Below are positions 13,039 through 26,198 of a stretch of 64,000 nucleotides of DNA, one piece after another; the first letter of the stretch is position 1; each line of letters begins with the position of its first letter. The stretch comes from Oculina patagonica (taxonomy: Eukaryota), in the NCBI RefSeq assembly GCF_052425735.1, contig NC_135760.1:14322001-14386000 (forward strand), written 5' to 3'. Position numbers and translations under genes: made by a program. The notes below the pieces were generated by a model, which did no database searches, had not been told where the DNA came from, and saw nothing but the letters and a program-made list of their open reading frames with translations.

Positions 13039-16000
13039 AAGAAAACCGGGTAACAGGAAGCCTCCTATGCAGACGTTCTTTGGGCTGGTCACGCAATCTT
13101 TCCTCTCCACGTTGTAAAACTTAAGATAGAGGCTTGTCACGTTCGTGACAAGCCCGCTAGTAGTGTATGGTAGGAGACAGCGCTACCTGAAAAGTTTCTT
13201 TGCAATGTTTTCAGATATGTTTTACTGATAAGCTGGCGTTTTAATAGCAAGGAATCGAATTTACTTCGGAATGATCAGTTTTACCGAGATCTTCCAATTC
13301 AAAGATCCCGTTATGTTTATAAAGCTTAAGTTATACGTTACCTTTGGAAACCACTATGACTGTATGTTCCAGTGTTATTGCTTTATTCACGTCGACATAT
13401 ACAGAATATATAAAAGTACTGGCAAAATACAGACATAACACCTACACCTATATATATATATACCTTAGCAATTTCGTTATATTAGTCGTTTTTCTTATAA
13501 GCTTCTCCTCCCCTGGTAAAAAAAGTTTTTATTCAGTTGTTTTACTCATGTGACATTTTTCAAGATTCTGTAATTAAGTTATACTTTTAACGCACATTTT
13601 TTCTGATTTTATTTTGTATTTAATTTCATCGCACTAGTTTACAGTTTAGCCATATAGTTTTAGCATTCTTATTTTATTGTATATAAAGTAGGAGGGCCAC
13701 TGGTTGGTTTGTATTTTGATACTATTTTTGTGCTAACCTCGTTAAATTAAGTCTTTACTTACTTTACTTATTAATCCCGTTGAAGCCCTGAATTTTTTTC
13801 AGGCTTCTTTATTCCAATTGCTTAAATTGGAAATTCACTGCGACGATCATTTATCACTTTCAGTAATCTTATTGGCAGATAAATACAATCACAGTTTTGT
13901 TTAGCAAAAACATTTTTATGTGGGTTGCTTAATGAGTTCCATACATAGTTTTTAAACTGCGACGTTCAAAATATCATTAGCTTGTTCAGACCTGTTCAAA
14001 ATGTTCAGTTCTATCCAATTAATTATTTAATTTTTGCTCAGGATGAGAACTAACCGTACGAACGTAAGACGCAAAGTTCGAAAACTGGGGAATATTACCT
14101 GATATTTCCCAGTTCTAGCTGTATCATGTGTTTAGACCAATCACGCACGCGAAAAATATTTGATGGATTGTAATTGTAGATATAGGTCATACCCCCTAAC
14201 TGGGGATTAGTTTTTTTAGGGGCTAAAACAAGCCGGCTAAGTAAACATTATGCGTTCCTTCTCTTGCTTCAGTATCTATCTAGAGGGTGGGGTGTGCAGT
14301 CAAACCACTGAAGCCGCCATTCAGCCTTCTCCAACCCCTATCCGTAAGTTAGTAGTTTCACTGTCCTTTCAGCCCGTTAGAATGTCTGGCAGTGCAATGC
14401 ATTATCCACAAGTGGTGGAGACTAATTTTCTTTTGGCTTGTAATTTTAACAAAAGAACTGAAGGCATTCAAAGGTTGCGCCAATTAAACAACAGTTGCAT
14501 GTCAGAGCCGTCTGATGAGTACGCAGACAGAAATTTCACATCAAATACATAATTGTGACCGTTTTACATATTAATTTTTATGTAAAATGTCGTCTGCCCT
14601 TATTTTTTTCGCAGCCGTTCCCTTTACATATCGCTTTTGCAAACAATTTATTTTGTCTTTCCAGGCCCGCAAACAATTTTTTCAATATTTTTCATCCCCC
14701 CCCCCCCTCCAAAAAAATAATGGTCCGTCCCTAAGTGCCATATAGAGTTCTTCACTCCACCCCCACCCCCCAGAAACGCTTTCAAGTCGCTATTATATAT
14801 ACACAGAAGACACACAAGTACAAGTGCGGAAGTAATGTATGCAGTTCGGAAGCAGTCATGTCATGTTGGCGCTCGCGGAATGGGATCCTGTCATTTCTAG
14901 TCAGAACTTCATTGTTCAATAGCCTGAGAAGTTGAATCAACAATAAAAAAATATCCGCTAAAACAAAACACAATTTCCGCATGCATTCCACATTGTAAAT
15001 ATCATATAGTGTTTCGTTGTATCATGCTTCGCATGCGGCGAAGGTCGAGAAAAACAAACTCAGACGCTCGTATTAAGTGTTTTCGTTTTCAGTTATGAGG
15101 ATAGTGTGTAGTATCTAGCCGACTCATTAGGGTCTGATTTATTATTTGAAACAATTTCAAGACTTATCAACAGCAAGAGTGTGACGGTAGCAAATTCTAC
15201 TCAATATTAAACCTTTAAACATGATGCCAGATTAGAGTCGTTCTGATAAAATACTTGAGGTTGAAGCCTAAAACTCCGCGGACCTGGAACTAGAGGATAT
15301 AGGGGAGAGGTAAGGGAAGGGGGGGGGGGGGGCGTTCTATGCATAATTCCCTAAATACTGTTACAAACAGCCTACAGCCAATGGGAATATAAAGAGATTC
15401 TCGATCGTCTCTAGCCCGATGCTCGTTTGAAAAGCTTTCCGTAACTCTGACTGGCTTCAGAGGGTGACACAAAGCATCAAAGACATTAAAGATCGCCGAA
15501 ACAATACGATAGCATCCTTGCAAATTTGATGTGGCATCCTCTCTAAATATAGCCATTTATTTATTTTTTGGGAAAAATGTTTAAAACGCGTACACTAAGA
15601 AGTCAGTAGTACACAACCATCGATGCCTTGAAAAAGCGGGAAAAAGGTCAGTAAAGACTTACAGTATTGACAAAAAGTGTTGCAGATTTTTTACTCCATA
15701 TCTATACGAAGTAAAATAAAAATGTTCCTTGGTTCTCTCTAACTTCATTTCAATTTCTTCGAGACGTAAAGTAAACTGCAAAATACAGCTATTTAGACAC
15801 GAGTACAAAATTCCACTGTCTGACTCGTTCCAGTCCCTTTTCGCGTTACAAATGTTATTAAACTGCTCATATTTCAAGTCCCTTGGACTCTGCCTCGAGG
15901 GTTGTTACGGTTTGAGGGGGCGATCGCCAAGCGTTGGAGGAATAGCTCTTAATTACTTGGAATAACTGCTCATAAACATTGTGTTCTGTGTAACAGGTAT

Positions 16001-18019
16001 GTACAATACTATAGTTTTACAATTCTATCTTGCTAAAGATGCCAGTCGCCAGAAAATACCGCGGATGCAGCGTGGCATGCAATAAAGTCAATATTGTGAC
16101 CTCGTGCTTTCGCTAGCTTGTACACAATTGCACCTACAAAGAATTGTGGTTTTCCGATTTGCTTTCTTTACCGGTAAGCCTTGATACACCTTTTGGTCAT
16201 GTTCGGAAAGCGAAAAACAATGAAATCGATTGTTCATGTCCAAAGGAACCCCCCTTCGCGAGAAACACGAGCAGACACATTCATTCTCGCTCTATGAAAT
16301 TCATTCAATTTAAAATTGAAATTTCTAGAATAAAGAGGACTGTATTTTTGGTGGTGGATGAAACACATGTGGTAAGCTTAGCTCCGATCAATAAGTTGCA
16401 CTGTGTAGCAATTACACTGGTTCTCGGTGCGCACACTGCGTAGACAATAAGAGACCGTGAACAGTGCAGCTCGCTGGATGGAGTATACGTATAGCGGGTA
16501 TAGACGTATGTTGTCGTGACTTGGTTCCATTCAGAAATCGTTTCATCGCGTGTTAGAAGTGATGTTTTGTTTTGACGCTTTTGAGAAACAGAGGTTGTGT
16601 CAAATGCCAGAATTTAATACTTGGTATATTTTCAATCGCCTTCCTGCATTGGCGCGAAGAGAAAAGAAGTGAAAATCGACAATTTGAGGGAAGGTATATT
16701 TCAGTGTTTATATGAATCGAGAACGTTCGTTGTTTTCGTTTCAACGATTTTAGATTGATCGTTATCGGGGTTTTTTTATATGTATTTGCATTTACGGCTG
16801 ATTCGAAAGATTCACAAACCTTGCCTTCGCAAAGCTCGGAACATCTGTGTAATTTCTGTTAAATGTTTTTCTTTCGGTTCGGTTTGATTCGATAAAACAA
16901 ATCTCTTAGCCATCCAGGAGTTTACAAAATGCAAATTTCCGTTTGGAATTCATATTAGCCATTGTTAATAACCTTAGAAACATCATGCTCAGTTTACACA
17001 GAAAGCTCTATCGTGACATTTGTCTGACATGTGTCTGCCCAGCCCCCAATACTCCCACTCAACGCCCCTATATTCTGCATAAATAGGAAAATACATAAAC
17101 AAGGCCGCTGTATTTCACTTGTACATAGGATAACTCATATTTGGCAAAATAAGCAGCCACACAGACAATATTGTTTTCATGGTTGAGCTGCATCGAATTC
17201 GAACTGCAACATTCCGAATTGCTTCGTTGCACAAGAAACTTGCTTCTAAAATGCGTCTAAATCTATCTGCACAATGTTCAAACGGAAAAGCTTCTGTTTT
17301 TCTTATAAAAAAAAAAGACTGTTTAGGCGGATAGCTTGAATTTCTTGCGAAATTGTTAAAAACAAGGATTCAACCTTTTGACCTGGATATAAATTGCAGT
17401 TGTCATGCCGGCGGCAAGTCTACCGTATCTGCTGTAAATGTAAATACAAAGTGAAGCTGCAATTACAACGTTATGATGTCGCGTTGGCTGCAATAATGAT
17501 GTATGTGTAAACTAGATTGCTTGTGGATTAGCCTGCCAAACCCAATACGAAGAAAGGCTGTGAACAGTCTGACTTTAATTAAGGGATAGATGCACTTTGG
17601 AGGTTTGTCAAGCAAGAACGACGCGTTAAAGTCACTCGATTCTAGGCTCTTGATTGCTAAGCGAACCTCCCAAGTGCATCCATAACTTTGGCGTTTACTA
17701 TGATTTGTATTACAGTATGTCAGAGTTGAAGGCATTTGTCCGGAAATCATAAACTCTTAAACTAACCAATCAGAGCGCGTGCTATAGTAAAAGATAAAAT
17801 ATAATATAATAAAATGTTGCCGATTCCGTTACTTACTGGATAGAAAGGAGTTTGTCGAGCATGCATCTTTCTCAAAAACTACTAAAAAAAAACCTCTATG
17901 GTAGAAAATTCATCTCGAAGGTCCTTTCTGTTGGAATCGTTTTGCAAAGCTTGCCCTTGAAAATTTAACTTAACCGCTGACGTAGTTTTACTTTTTTAAC
18001 AGTTTGAAGTCACGAAACA

Positions 18020-21000
18020 ATGACAGAGCAAGACGATACTAGAGCAAGCGCTAAGAATCTAGTTGCGAATGACGACAAGGAAGAAGCAGAGCAACTGACA
18101 CCCGCGCAACGAAAGAAAGAGAAGCGAAAGATCACCAAGAATGTGTACATCATTAGCTTGGGTTTCCTGTTCCTCTTCACCGCCTTTCAATCGCTTCAAA
18201 ATCTGCAGAGCAGTTTGAACAAAGTAGAGGGCTTGGGTCTATGGTCACTGAGTATAATTTATGCCGCACTGATCCTGTCGTGTATTTTCGTCCCGCCGTT
18301 TGTGATCGGACGACTTGGCTGCAAATGGACGCTGGTGCTATCCATGACAGGCTACGTTCTGTACACAGTGGCTAATTACTACGCTAGGTGGGGAACTCTT
18401 ATCCCTGCTTCTATAATAATCGGTAAGTGCATAAAGGAAAAGTGAATTAAGGAATGCTTATAGTTTTATGAAAAACAAACTACTATGGGGCCACAGAGCC
18501 ACAGGTTTGTTACCTCTGTGACACCCTCAGACTGACTGACTGACTGACTGACTGACTGTCTCTGACTGACTGACTGACTGTCTGACTGACTCTGACTTAC
18601 TTACTGACTGTCTGACTGACTCTGACTTACTTACTGACTGTCTGACTGACTCTGACTTACTGACTGGCTCTGACTTACTGACTGACTGTCTGACTGATTG
18701 ACAGACGGACTGGCTGACTGCTGATGATTGACGGACGGACTGAAGAGACGATGATCATTTGCGATTTTTGGAGCGAACGCATTTTGATTGGGTAAACGCA
18801 ATATGCTAACAAATTACTTAATAACAAACAATGAAATTACAATGACGACTGTCTGACTGATTGACGGACGGACTGTCTGAATGATTGACGGACGGACTGG
18901 AGAGGCGTTATGATCATTTGCGTATTTTTGCGAGCGAACGCATTTTGATTGGGCAAACGCAACTATGCTAACAAATTACTTAATAACAAACAATGAAATT
19001 ACAATGACTGACTGTCTGACTGATTGACAGACGGACTGACTGTCTGACTGATTGACTGACTGACTGTCTGAATGATTGACGGACGGACTGGAGAGGCGTT
19101 ATGATCATTTGCGTATTTTTGCGAGCGAACGCATTTTGATTGGGCGAACGCCATCTTGGATTCGCACTCGGGAGAAGATCGGGGAGAGAGGAGAAAACGC
19201 GTCTCAGGGAGTAGAAGTTGAGCTGAATCCAAGCCTCTCTCCGCCCTCATCCAACATGGCGGCGAATCTACTCGATTGCGCGAGCTACTACTGAGAACTG
19301 GAGCGCCCACGGAAAACGCCCGCACTGCAGGCTACACACACCACGACGATTTGAACGTTGGCCCTGCGTCGGAACAAAGAGATCATTTGCAACGCAGGCT
19401 ACCCCTTTAGCTAATCGAAAAAGCTCGTACCTCCACGTGTTAAAGGGTGATAACTAGAAACGATTCGCCCGTCAAAGGTTCAAGGATGCAATAATTGAAC
19501 AACTATTGCGGTTTCTCCTAGATACTCAAAAGGGCACACGAGACTCTGGAAAGTGGCAACTCGGAGGTAGATATCCGTTGCTTTAGCAGCTAAGATTTAA
19601 TTTCTTTTTTTCTTTTTTTCAGGTATTTGTGCAGCACCTCTTTGGTCGTCCAAATGTGCCTATTTGACCACTACAGGAATTCGCTACTCGCAGCTGAGCC
19701 GTGAGACGCAAGACGCAGTCGTAACTCGATACTTCGGCATTTTTTTCCTGATCTTCCAGAGCGGCCAGATCTGGGGAAATCTCATCTCGTCTCTTGTCCT
19801 TCAGCAGGGAATGAAGGACACCTTCCGTGAGAACGCTGCCGAAGTGTGTGGCGCGCGCTACTGTTCCGCGCCCCCTAAACTGACCAACGCGACCGACGAG
19901 TACGACCATAAGCTGGTTATCAGACTGTTGAGTATATACGTGGGGACGGGCGTGTTCGCTGTGCTGTTAGTGATCGTGTTGCTGGACCGACTCACCGGGG
20001 CACTGGACCGAAGAAAGGAGCAAGAGTCTGGCGTGAGTCTGCTGATCGCCACTTTAAAACACTTGAAGGACAAGCGCATGCTTCTGGTGTTACCGCTGAC
20101 CATGTTTAGTGGACTGGAACAGGCCTTCACGTTTGGCGATTATACCGCGGTAATTCATTCATTCCTTTCATTCATTCCTTCCTTCCTTCCTTCATTCAAA
20201 CATTCCTTCCTTTCTTTTCTTCTTCCTTCGTTCCTTCCTTCATTCCTTCCTAATATCAGTCAATGTATTTAAAGATTCATTCTCTATTTCTAAATCTCAT
20301 TTTAGTCTATATACAGGAGTTTCAAAAGTTCCGAGACAATTTTAGGGGCTCAAGTTGTTTCGCACATGAGCGTAGCCTTCACAAAACACCAGCGTGCTAA
20401 CACTCTCTTCACTTCTAAAAGATTTGACGCGGAAGATTGCCTTTAGTTAGCAGTATCATACGTAAAGAAATTAAAAACCCTGCATCGCCGAATACTTTTT
20501 CCGTACCCATAAGATTTGACGCTGACCAATAGAATCAAAATTATTTTGTTTAAATAATTCAGATGCTATGCGTGTTAAGATTCGCCGTTTAGTACCTTGT
20601 GACAATATTGTCATGCTTTCAGTGGAATAAATATAAAATATCTATAAAATACAGACACCAAATACTCGCTATGAAACTTAATGTTTGCAAAGAAATTACT
20701 TCTATGGATCAACCAAATGTGTCTCCCGGGCGTAATAAATTAAAGCTACAAGCAAACAAGATTAACTTTAAAAATTGTTCAGCCCAACAATATTTCAAAA
20801 AATCATATCGCAATCCGTTGCAATCTTTGTCGCTTTTGGCCATCCGTACATTCTTTTGTATTAGGTGTGTTACTGAAATGTTCCTTCGCTGTTTTAAGAG
20901 GTTCTTTTTTATATTTTAACGAATTTGATGGTCTTTTCCCATTCCTAAATTTAGCAAAAATCCGTGACAAAGTCCGCTTTAAAGAGGCTTGACAGTATTT

Positions 21001-22556
21001 TTAATTCGTTGTACTCAGGCGTTCGTGACGTGTTCGCTCGGGATCCACCGAGTTGGTTTCGTGATGATATGCTTCGGGGCCACAGACGCGTTCTTTTCTC
21101 TCACACTGGGACGCCTGACCAAGTACACCGGGAGAATTCCTGTGTTCATCAGCGGGGCGGTGATTCATATAGCTGCCATTATTGTCATGCTGATCTGGAG
21201 GCCTGACTATCACCTGGTCTGGGTGTTTTATGTTATTGCTGCTCTGCTGGGATACTGTGATGCAGTTTGGCAAACTCAGATTAACGGTAAGACATAGTAA
21301 TTAGTGTACTGAGGTTACAGGAATTGAGACCTTACATGGGCATTTAAGAGAAAAAAAGAAAAATTTAAGTTTCATTGAACAGAAACCCCAAAACATAGCT
21401 AGGAACCATCTCTAAATTAAAAAGTCTTACTCCAGGTAATATAGATCCCATTAATAAATTATTTTAAATCTTAAGAAAAGACAACTTAGGACTTATACTC
21501 ATTCTGATGATAAAGACGGTAAGGATAGATAGACCAAAAGGAAAAAACGATAGGTCAACATGCTCGTCTTTGACAGGCCTTGCTGCAAAGAAAAGTTGCC
21601 ATGAGTGTTAATGTGCGCGCGCTGCTTCGCGCGAAATTATGCACAGTAAAATGTGCAGTGTTACCTCAAGTGGCATAGAAAATACCAATAGAAAGAGGCA
21701 GACAAGTGAGTTTTGACGCCATTCCATGACCGTCATTTCATGTAGCCGCATGAGAGGCCGGATCGGAAGAAGAGATTGAAACCTTTGCAACCCTCAAAGT
21801 GATCAACATCTCATCTCTCCTAAAAGTTATCACTGTAGAATTAAGTATGAAAGTTATGAGAATATAGACACTCTTATATATATTTCGAAATTCTCCAACC
21901 CCATAAGTAGGGTGTACAGACCTGTAAGGAGTATTTGCGTGTTAATATTAGAGAGATAAATAAAGAAAGATGTTAAATTTTTTGGGAAGTCATGGGTTCG
22001 ATTCCCCTCGAGGGACTCAGATCTTTTAATTTGTCCCACGCTCTTGACATGATGAATATCATATCTTCTCTTAAGCCTGGTTTTCACTAGCGACGCAAGC
22101 AGAAGCGCAAGCACAAGCGCGATCACGCAAAAAAAAAAATTTTTTTTTTTTGTGCAGAGCCCAAAAACGGCCGCGTTTTTTCGGGAAGCCGGCCGCGGAA
22201 AAAAAAAAGTCCCGCGGGCGGCGGGCGGCGGAGAAAAACCAATATTAGAAAGTTTGTTCAAGTTGAATTTTTTTTTCTCCCTAGCCATGTACGGAGTGTT
22301 TTTCCATGACAACCAAGAGGCAGCGTTCTCCAACTACCGACTGTGGGAATCACTTGGCTTTGTGATCGCCTTTGCGTACGCCAATTACCTGTGCATCACG
22401 ACCAAACTGATCATACTCCTGGTGGTGTTGATTATCAGTTTAGCCGGTTATTTCACCGCCGAGTGGGTCAATAAGTCGCAGATCGACCAGGAATACTCCC
22501 TTGCAGATGGCATGGCGCTGGATGATGCGAGCAAGAAAAAAGAGGTCACAGCTTGA
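18020..22556 (+). CDS. UNC93A: UNC93A-like MFS membrane protein. Exons 18020-18422, 19623-20149, 21019-21286, 22285-22556
   Basis: Motifs FLFLFTAFQSLQNLQSSLN, APLWSSKCAYLT, FQSGQIWGNLISSLV, DAVWQTQINAMYG, EAAFSNYRLWESLGF. Confidence 0.9.
18530..19150. repeat. (GACT)n microsatellite plus about three copies of a ~185-bp tandem unit (TGATCATTTGCG..GAGCGAACGCATTTTGATTGGG)
   Basis: Seen directly in UNC93A intron 1. Confidence 0.8.
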
Positions 22557-23461
22557 AGATGGCCATGTTTCGGTATTCGCAGCTTCGTAATAGAAAGTAG
22601 CTGATTTTTAAACGATCTATGTCACGGGGATTTCGCAGATTTTTGGTCTTAACTGTTCTGAAATTAGTGATAGGCCATTAAAAACATTATCTTTACTTTA
22701 ACATCTTAAGGAAGATATAAGCTTAATTTGCGGATAGAAATCAAGCTACGGCTATATTTTTTTTGAAGACGCGCGGAAACTACTTGAAAAAGTAAGCCTT
22801 ACTTTTTCAAGTTGCAATCCGTTTCCATCCGACCCATCCGCAGCCAAAGATGCTCGTTAACAGTTTCAATATAAATTTTGGCTGTTCAAAAATATTGTAA
22901 AATCCGTGACATAGTTCCTTTGAGAGAAACTCTAAGGCTTTTTGGTAAAATAGTGAATGGTAAGGATCCAGGAGCAGTAGTAGTAAAAAAAAAAAAAAAA
23001 AAAAAAAGTAGCCTGTTCCAGGCGTTCGATTGGGGGATAAGCGCGAAAATCGGGATAAGCGCGAAGAACAGCTAGTAAAAAAATGGCGGGGGGAGGGGGG
23101 GGGGGTTGACACCTCTCCTCTTATTTTTCTCTGGCCATTTGTCGCGCTGCTTCCCAACTAACCAAACGCCTGGAACTGCGCGAGTAGATCATAGATCGTT
23201 TAGTGTTATCGTCCGTGTGTGGGCTGGTGACCAGTCATTTTCAGGGCAACTCTCACCCGGATGTTAACACTAAACAAATTGCTTTTAGATGATTGCTTTT
23301 AATTTTGTCAAGAAGAATCTGTTAAAAATCGCCTTAATCCTCGTTTGATTCTTATCGAAGACCACGCTTTTGTCAAAGCATTGATTCTGTGAATGATTGA
23401 CGGACGTCGAGTGCATGACAAAGGCTTTGATTCACCGCCAGGAGTGTGCACTTTTGATGTA

Positions 23462-23648
23462 CGGGTGAACCCCGCTAATTCGAACTCGGTTATTTCGAAT
23501 TCCCCGTTATTTCGAACTTAAACCCATTTCCCTTGGATTTGCCTTTCAGTCATTTGGTCTCATTTACTATCGGCTATTTCGGACTCCCGCATTTTCGAAC
23601 TGTTTTTTGTTTCCCCTGACGGTTCGAAAAAGCGGGGCGCAACTGTAG
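23462..23648. mobile_element. Degenerate Tc1/pogo-like MITE with TTCGAA repeats
   Basis: Ends in ...CAACTGTA; internal GTTATTTCGAA repeats. Confidence 0.45.
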
Positions 23649-25454
23649 ATATTAACTCACCTCGTACCGTATGAAAGGTTCTTTAATGGTATACCGTTCG
23701 AGAACCATAAAATTTGACCTTTGATCAAGTAATACATATTTGAAAGCCGGCACATTGTGCTCTTACTCATTGTTCTTAACTGGATGGTATGTAAAGCCCT
23801 TCTTTGCCAGATTGAACAAAGTTTTGCAATAGCGACGTCTGTGACCTTTGATTTATAGCAAAGGTGACTTTTACTCATCCAGCAAACTACAAAAGTGACG
23901 TTCGGGGCCCATAATGATCCATAATGTAGAATAGATAGATATTTCTTGGAAAAAAAATAATTTATTTCCTTAGGTAAATTTTAGGGATACGTCCACTCAG
24001 ACAGATTTTAACTGGGTTATGTAATATTAAAAAATTAATTAAAATAATTGCAAATTATTTACCTTCTCCCAAAATAGGGTCGCATTTTAGTTGTTGAGGG
24101 ACGCGTACAGAACAAATCTCGCGCATGGGTAATCAAAAAAATTATATCTACATGAGGGTCATTTCATTTTTTGTTCTTGTACTTGAACTGTAGCTTGCGA
24201 TGGATGCTTGTGCGCGGAATCTCGTCAAATTCAAATGCATGAATCTGTTTCCAGTTCTGCTCACAAGTGTTTATTGGAAAGCTAAGTTTTATATCGCCTA
24301 CTTGCTTTGGCGTTTTAGAAAAAAGTGTGTTGTGTAGACTTGTTTTTGCTTTGCTGGGTATTTTTTTTTTTAATTGTGAAAAGTTTTTGTCCTGAGGCAG
24401 CATAAAAAAATATACAACATAGGGGGGGTAACATATATATAATCTTTGTATGTAACTATAACTTAATTATTCTTTGGGATAATTATTAAAGATGTGATAA
24501 ACATCGGAGCATGATAAATTGAGCATTATTAATTTTGCTCAGTAAGCAATTGTAAAGTTAAGCGTTATGGGATAAGAGGCCTTTTAACACGTGACAAAGA
24601 AGGCATCTCTGTTAAAAGTCTATAATTATCTCGAACGTTTCATAATTACGCTGTTTAAAAAGCTAAATTAAATTAATGTTGACGAAGGTGATTGCCCCAT
24701 TAAGCGTTCAATCACTTAATGATTATAGCTGATATTAGCAGTGTGAATTTAAAATTTAACAAGCATGCGTTTGTGACACGATCATTTAATAGCTAAGGTG
24801 TCAGCGGTGTGAATTTTAAAGAAATGTGTGAAAAATGTAGATTTTGTTATTTCTGTTGGTAGATTGCGGTCTTAGAGCAATTTTCGATTCAGTGTTGAGA
24901 TCTAGAGTAATCCGTGATTGAATTGGTTTTGCGTTTCTTGCGAAAACAAAACCAGTGACGACGTTGTCAAGCGTTTAGCGCAGGTCACGTGTATTTGCTT
25001 CGCGTTCTCATTGGTTCATTTGTTTACAATTCTTGTGATTGGCAACTGTGATTGCTTTGAATTGGTTTTATGACACTCATTTGGAAATCGCTCATAAGTC
25101 AAAACCTATAGTGTGGGTCGTTTGAAGTCAACTGCAGTCAATTGCATCAGAATGCTGGAAATATAATATGTAAAGAGCAAGTCTGTAGGAAGGTAGATAT
25201 TACTACCTTCAAATGTATATATACAAATAAAAGTTAACTGAATTTCACTGGGTGTTATGCATGTTGTATAGCTGCGTGTGAAGTACGACTGTTGGGCTTT
25301 TAAACAGGACTTTAAAATTTCAGTACATGCAGTCCCTCCTTTAAAAAGGAGTTATTTCTATACTACATGACTGCATAAAAACGAGTCTATGGTGCACAAA
25401 TTTCAAGTTCAGAAATCTACATGGCGACTAGCTTGGGACCGTTAAGGGAGAAAA

Positions 25455-26083
25455 TCGCCCTCGGTCTATCCTGAACGAAACTCGCTTCGCTCAGTCCCTA
25501 ATGACTATCAGAAAGACCTCGGACGATCTTCCAGTATGGCCCTAATGACTATCAGAAAGACTTCGGACGATCTTCCAGTATGGCCCTCGTGTTCGGTGAA
25601 TAAAAAGTAAATATCACACCCCAAGGCATCAACACAATCACCAACACTATTCAATAAGCGATTTAAAAAGATGACAAGGCCAAATAAAGGTTCCAAGAGT
25701 ACACCAATACTAGTGGCAGAATCTCAAATGCGACTTATAACGAACTTGACTCAAGATAGCTTTCTCCAAGCGTCTTGTTTTGTACAGCACCACTGCGCTA
25801 TGTTCGTTCTTGATCTTGGTTAATAGACTTTGTCTGTGGCGATCGGTAGACTTAATATAACTAGAATGATATTTTGGTCACTACTACCATTACTTGTATC
25901 AGCCTGAAATGTCGGTCATCTGGCGCCCTCGTAAATTTTATAATTTAAAGGGTGTAAATTGCCCTCGGTCTATCCTGAACGGAGCTCGCTTCGCTCTGTC
26001 CCTATCAAAAAGACCTTGGACGATATTCTAGCTACTAGTATGGCCCTCGTGTTCGGTGAGTAAAAAGTAAATATCACACCCCA
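25455..26083. repeat. Direct repeat pair (~25455-25622 and ~25959-26083) downstream of the PX-SH3 gene
   Basis: Shared GCCCTCGGTCTATCCTGAACG...GTATGGCCCTCGTGTTCGGTGA.TAAAAAGTAAATATCACACCCCAA. Confidence 0.7.
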
Positions 26084-26198
26084 AATTTTATAACCTAGCT
26101 TAGATTTATGTAAAACGACTCATTTTGGAGCCATAGCTTCCAAGAGTCTTTGCTTCTGGGAAATTTTACAGGTATTTGCTGCATTGTTCCTCCTGCGT

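Noticed and set aside
14000-17900. Short ORFs between SLC22 and UNC93A
   Set aside because: No recognisable homology or coherent exon chain; probably intergenic, UNC93A 5' intron or decayed repeats
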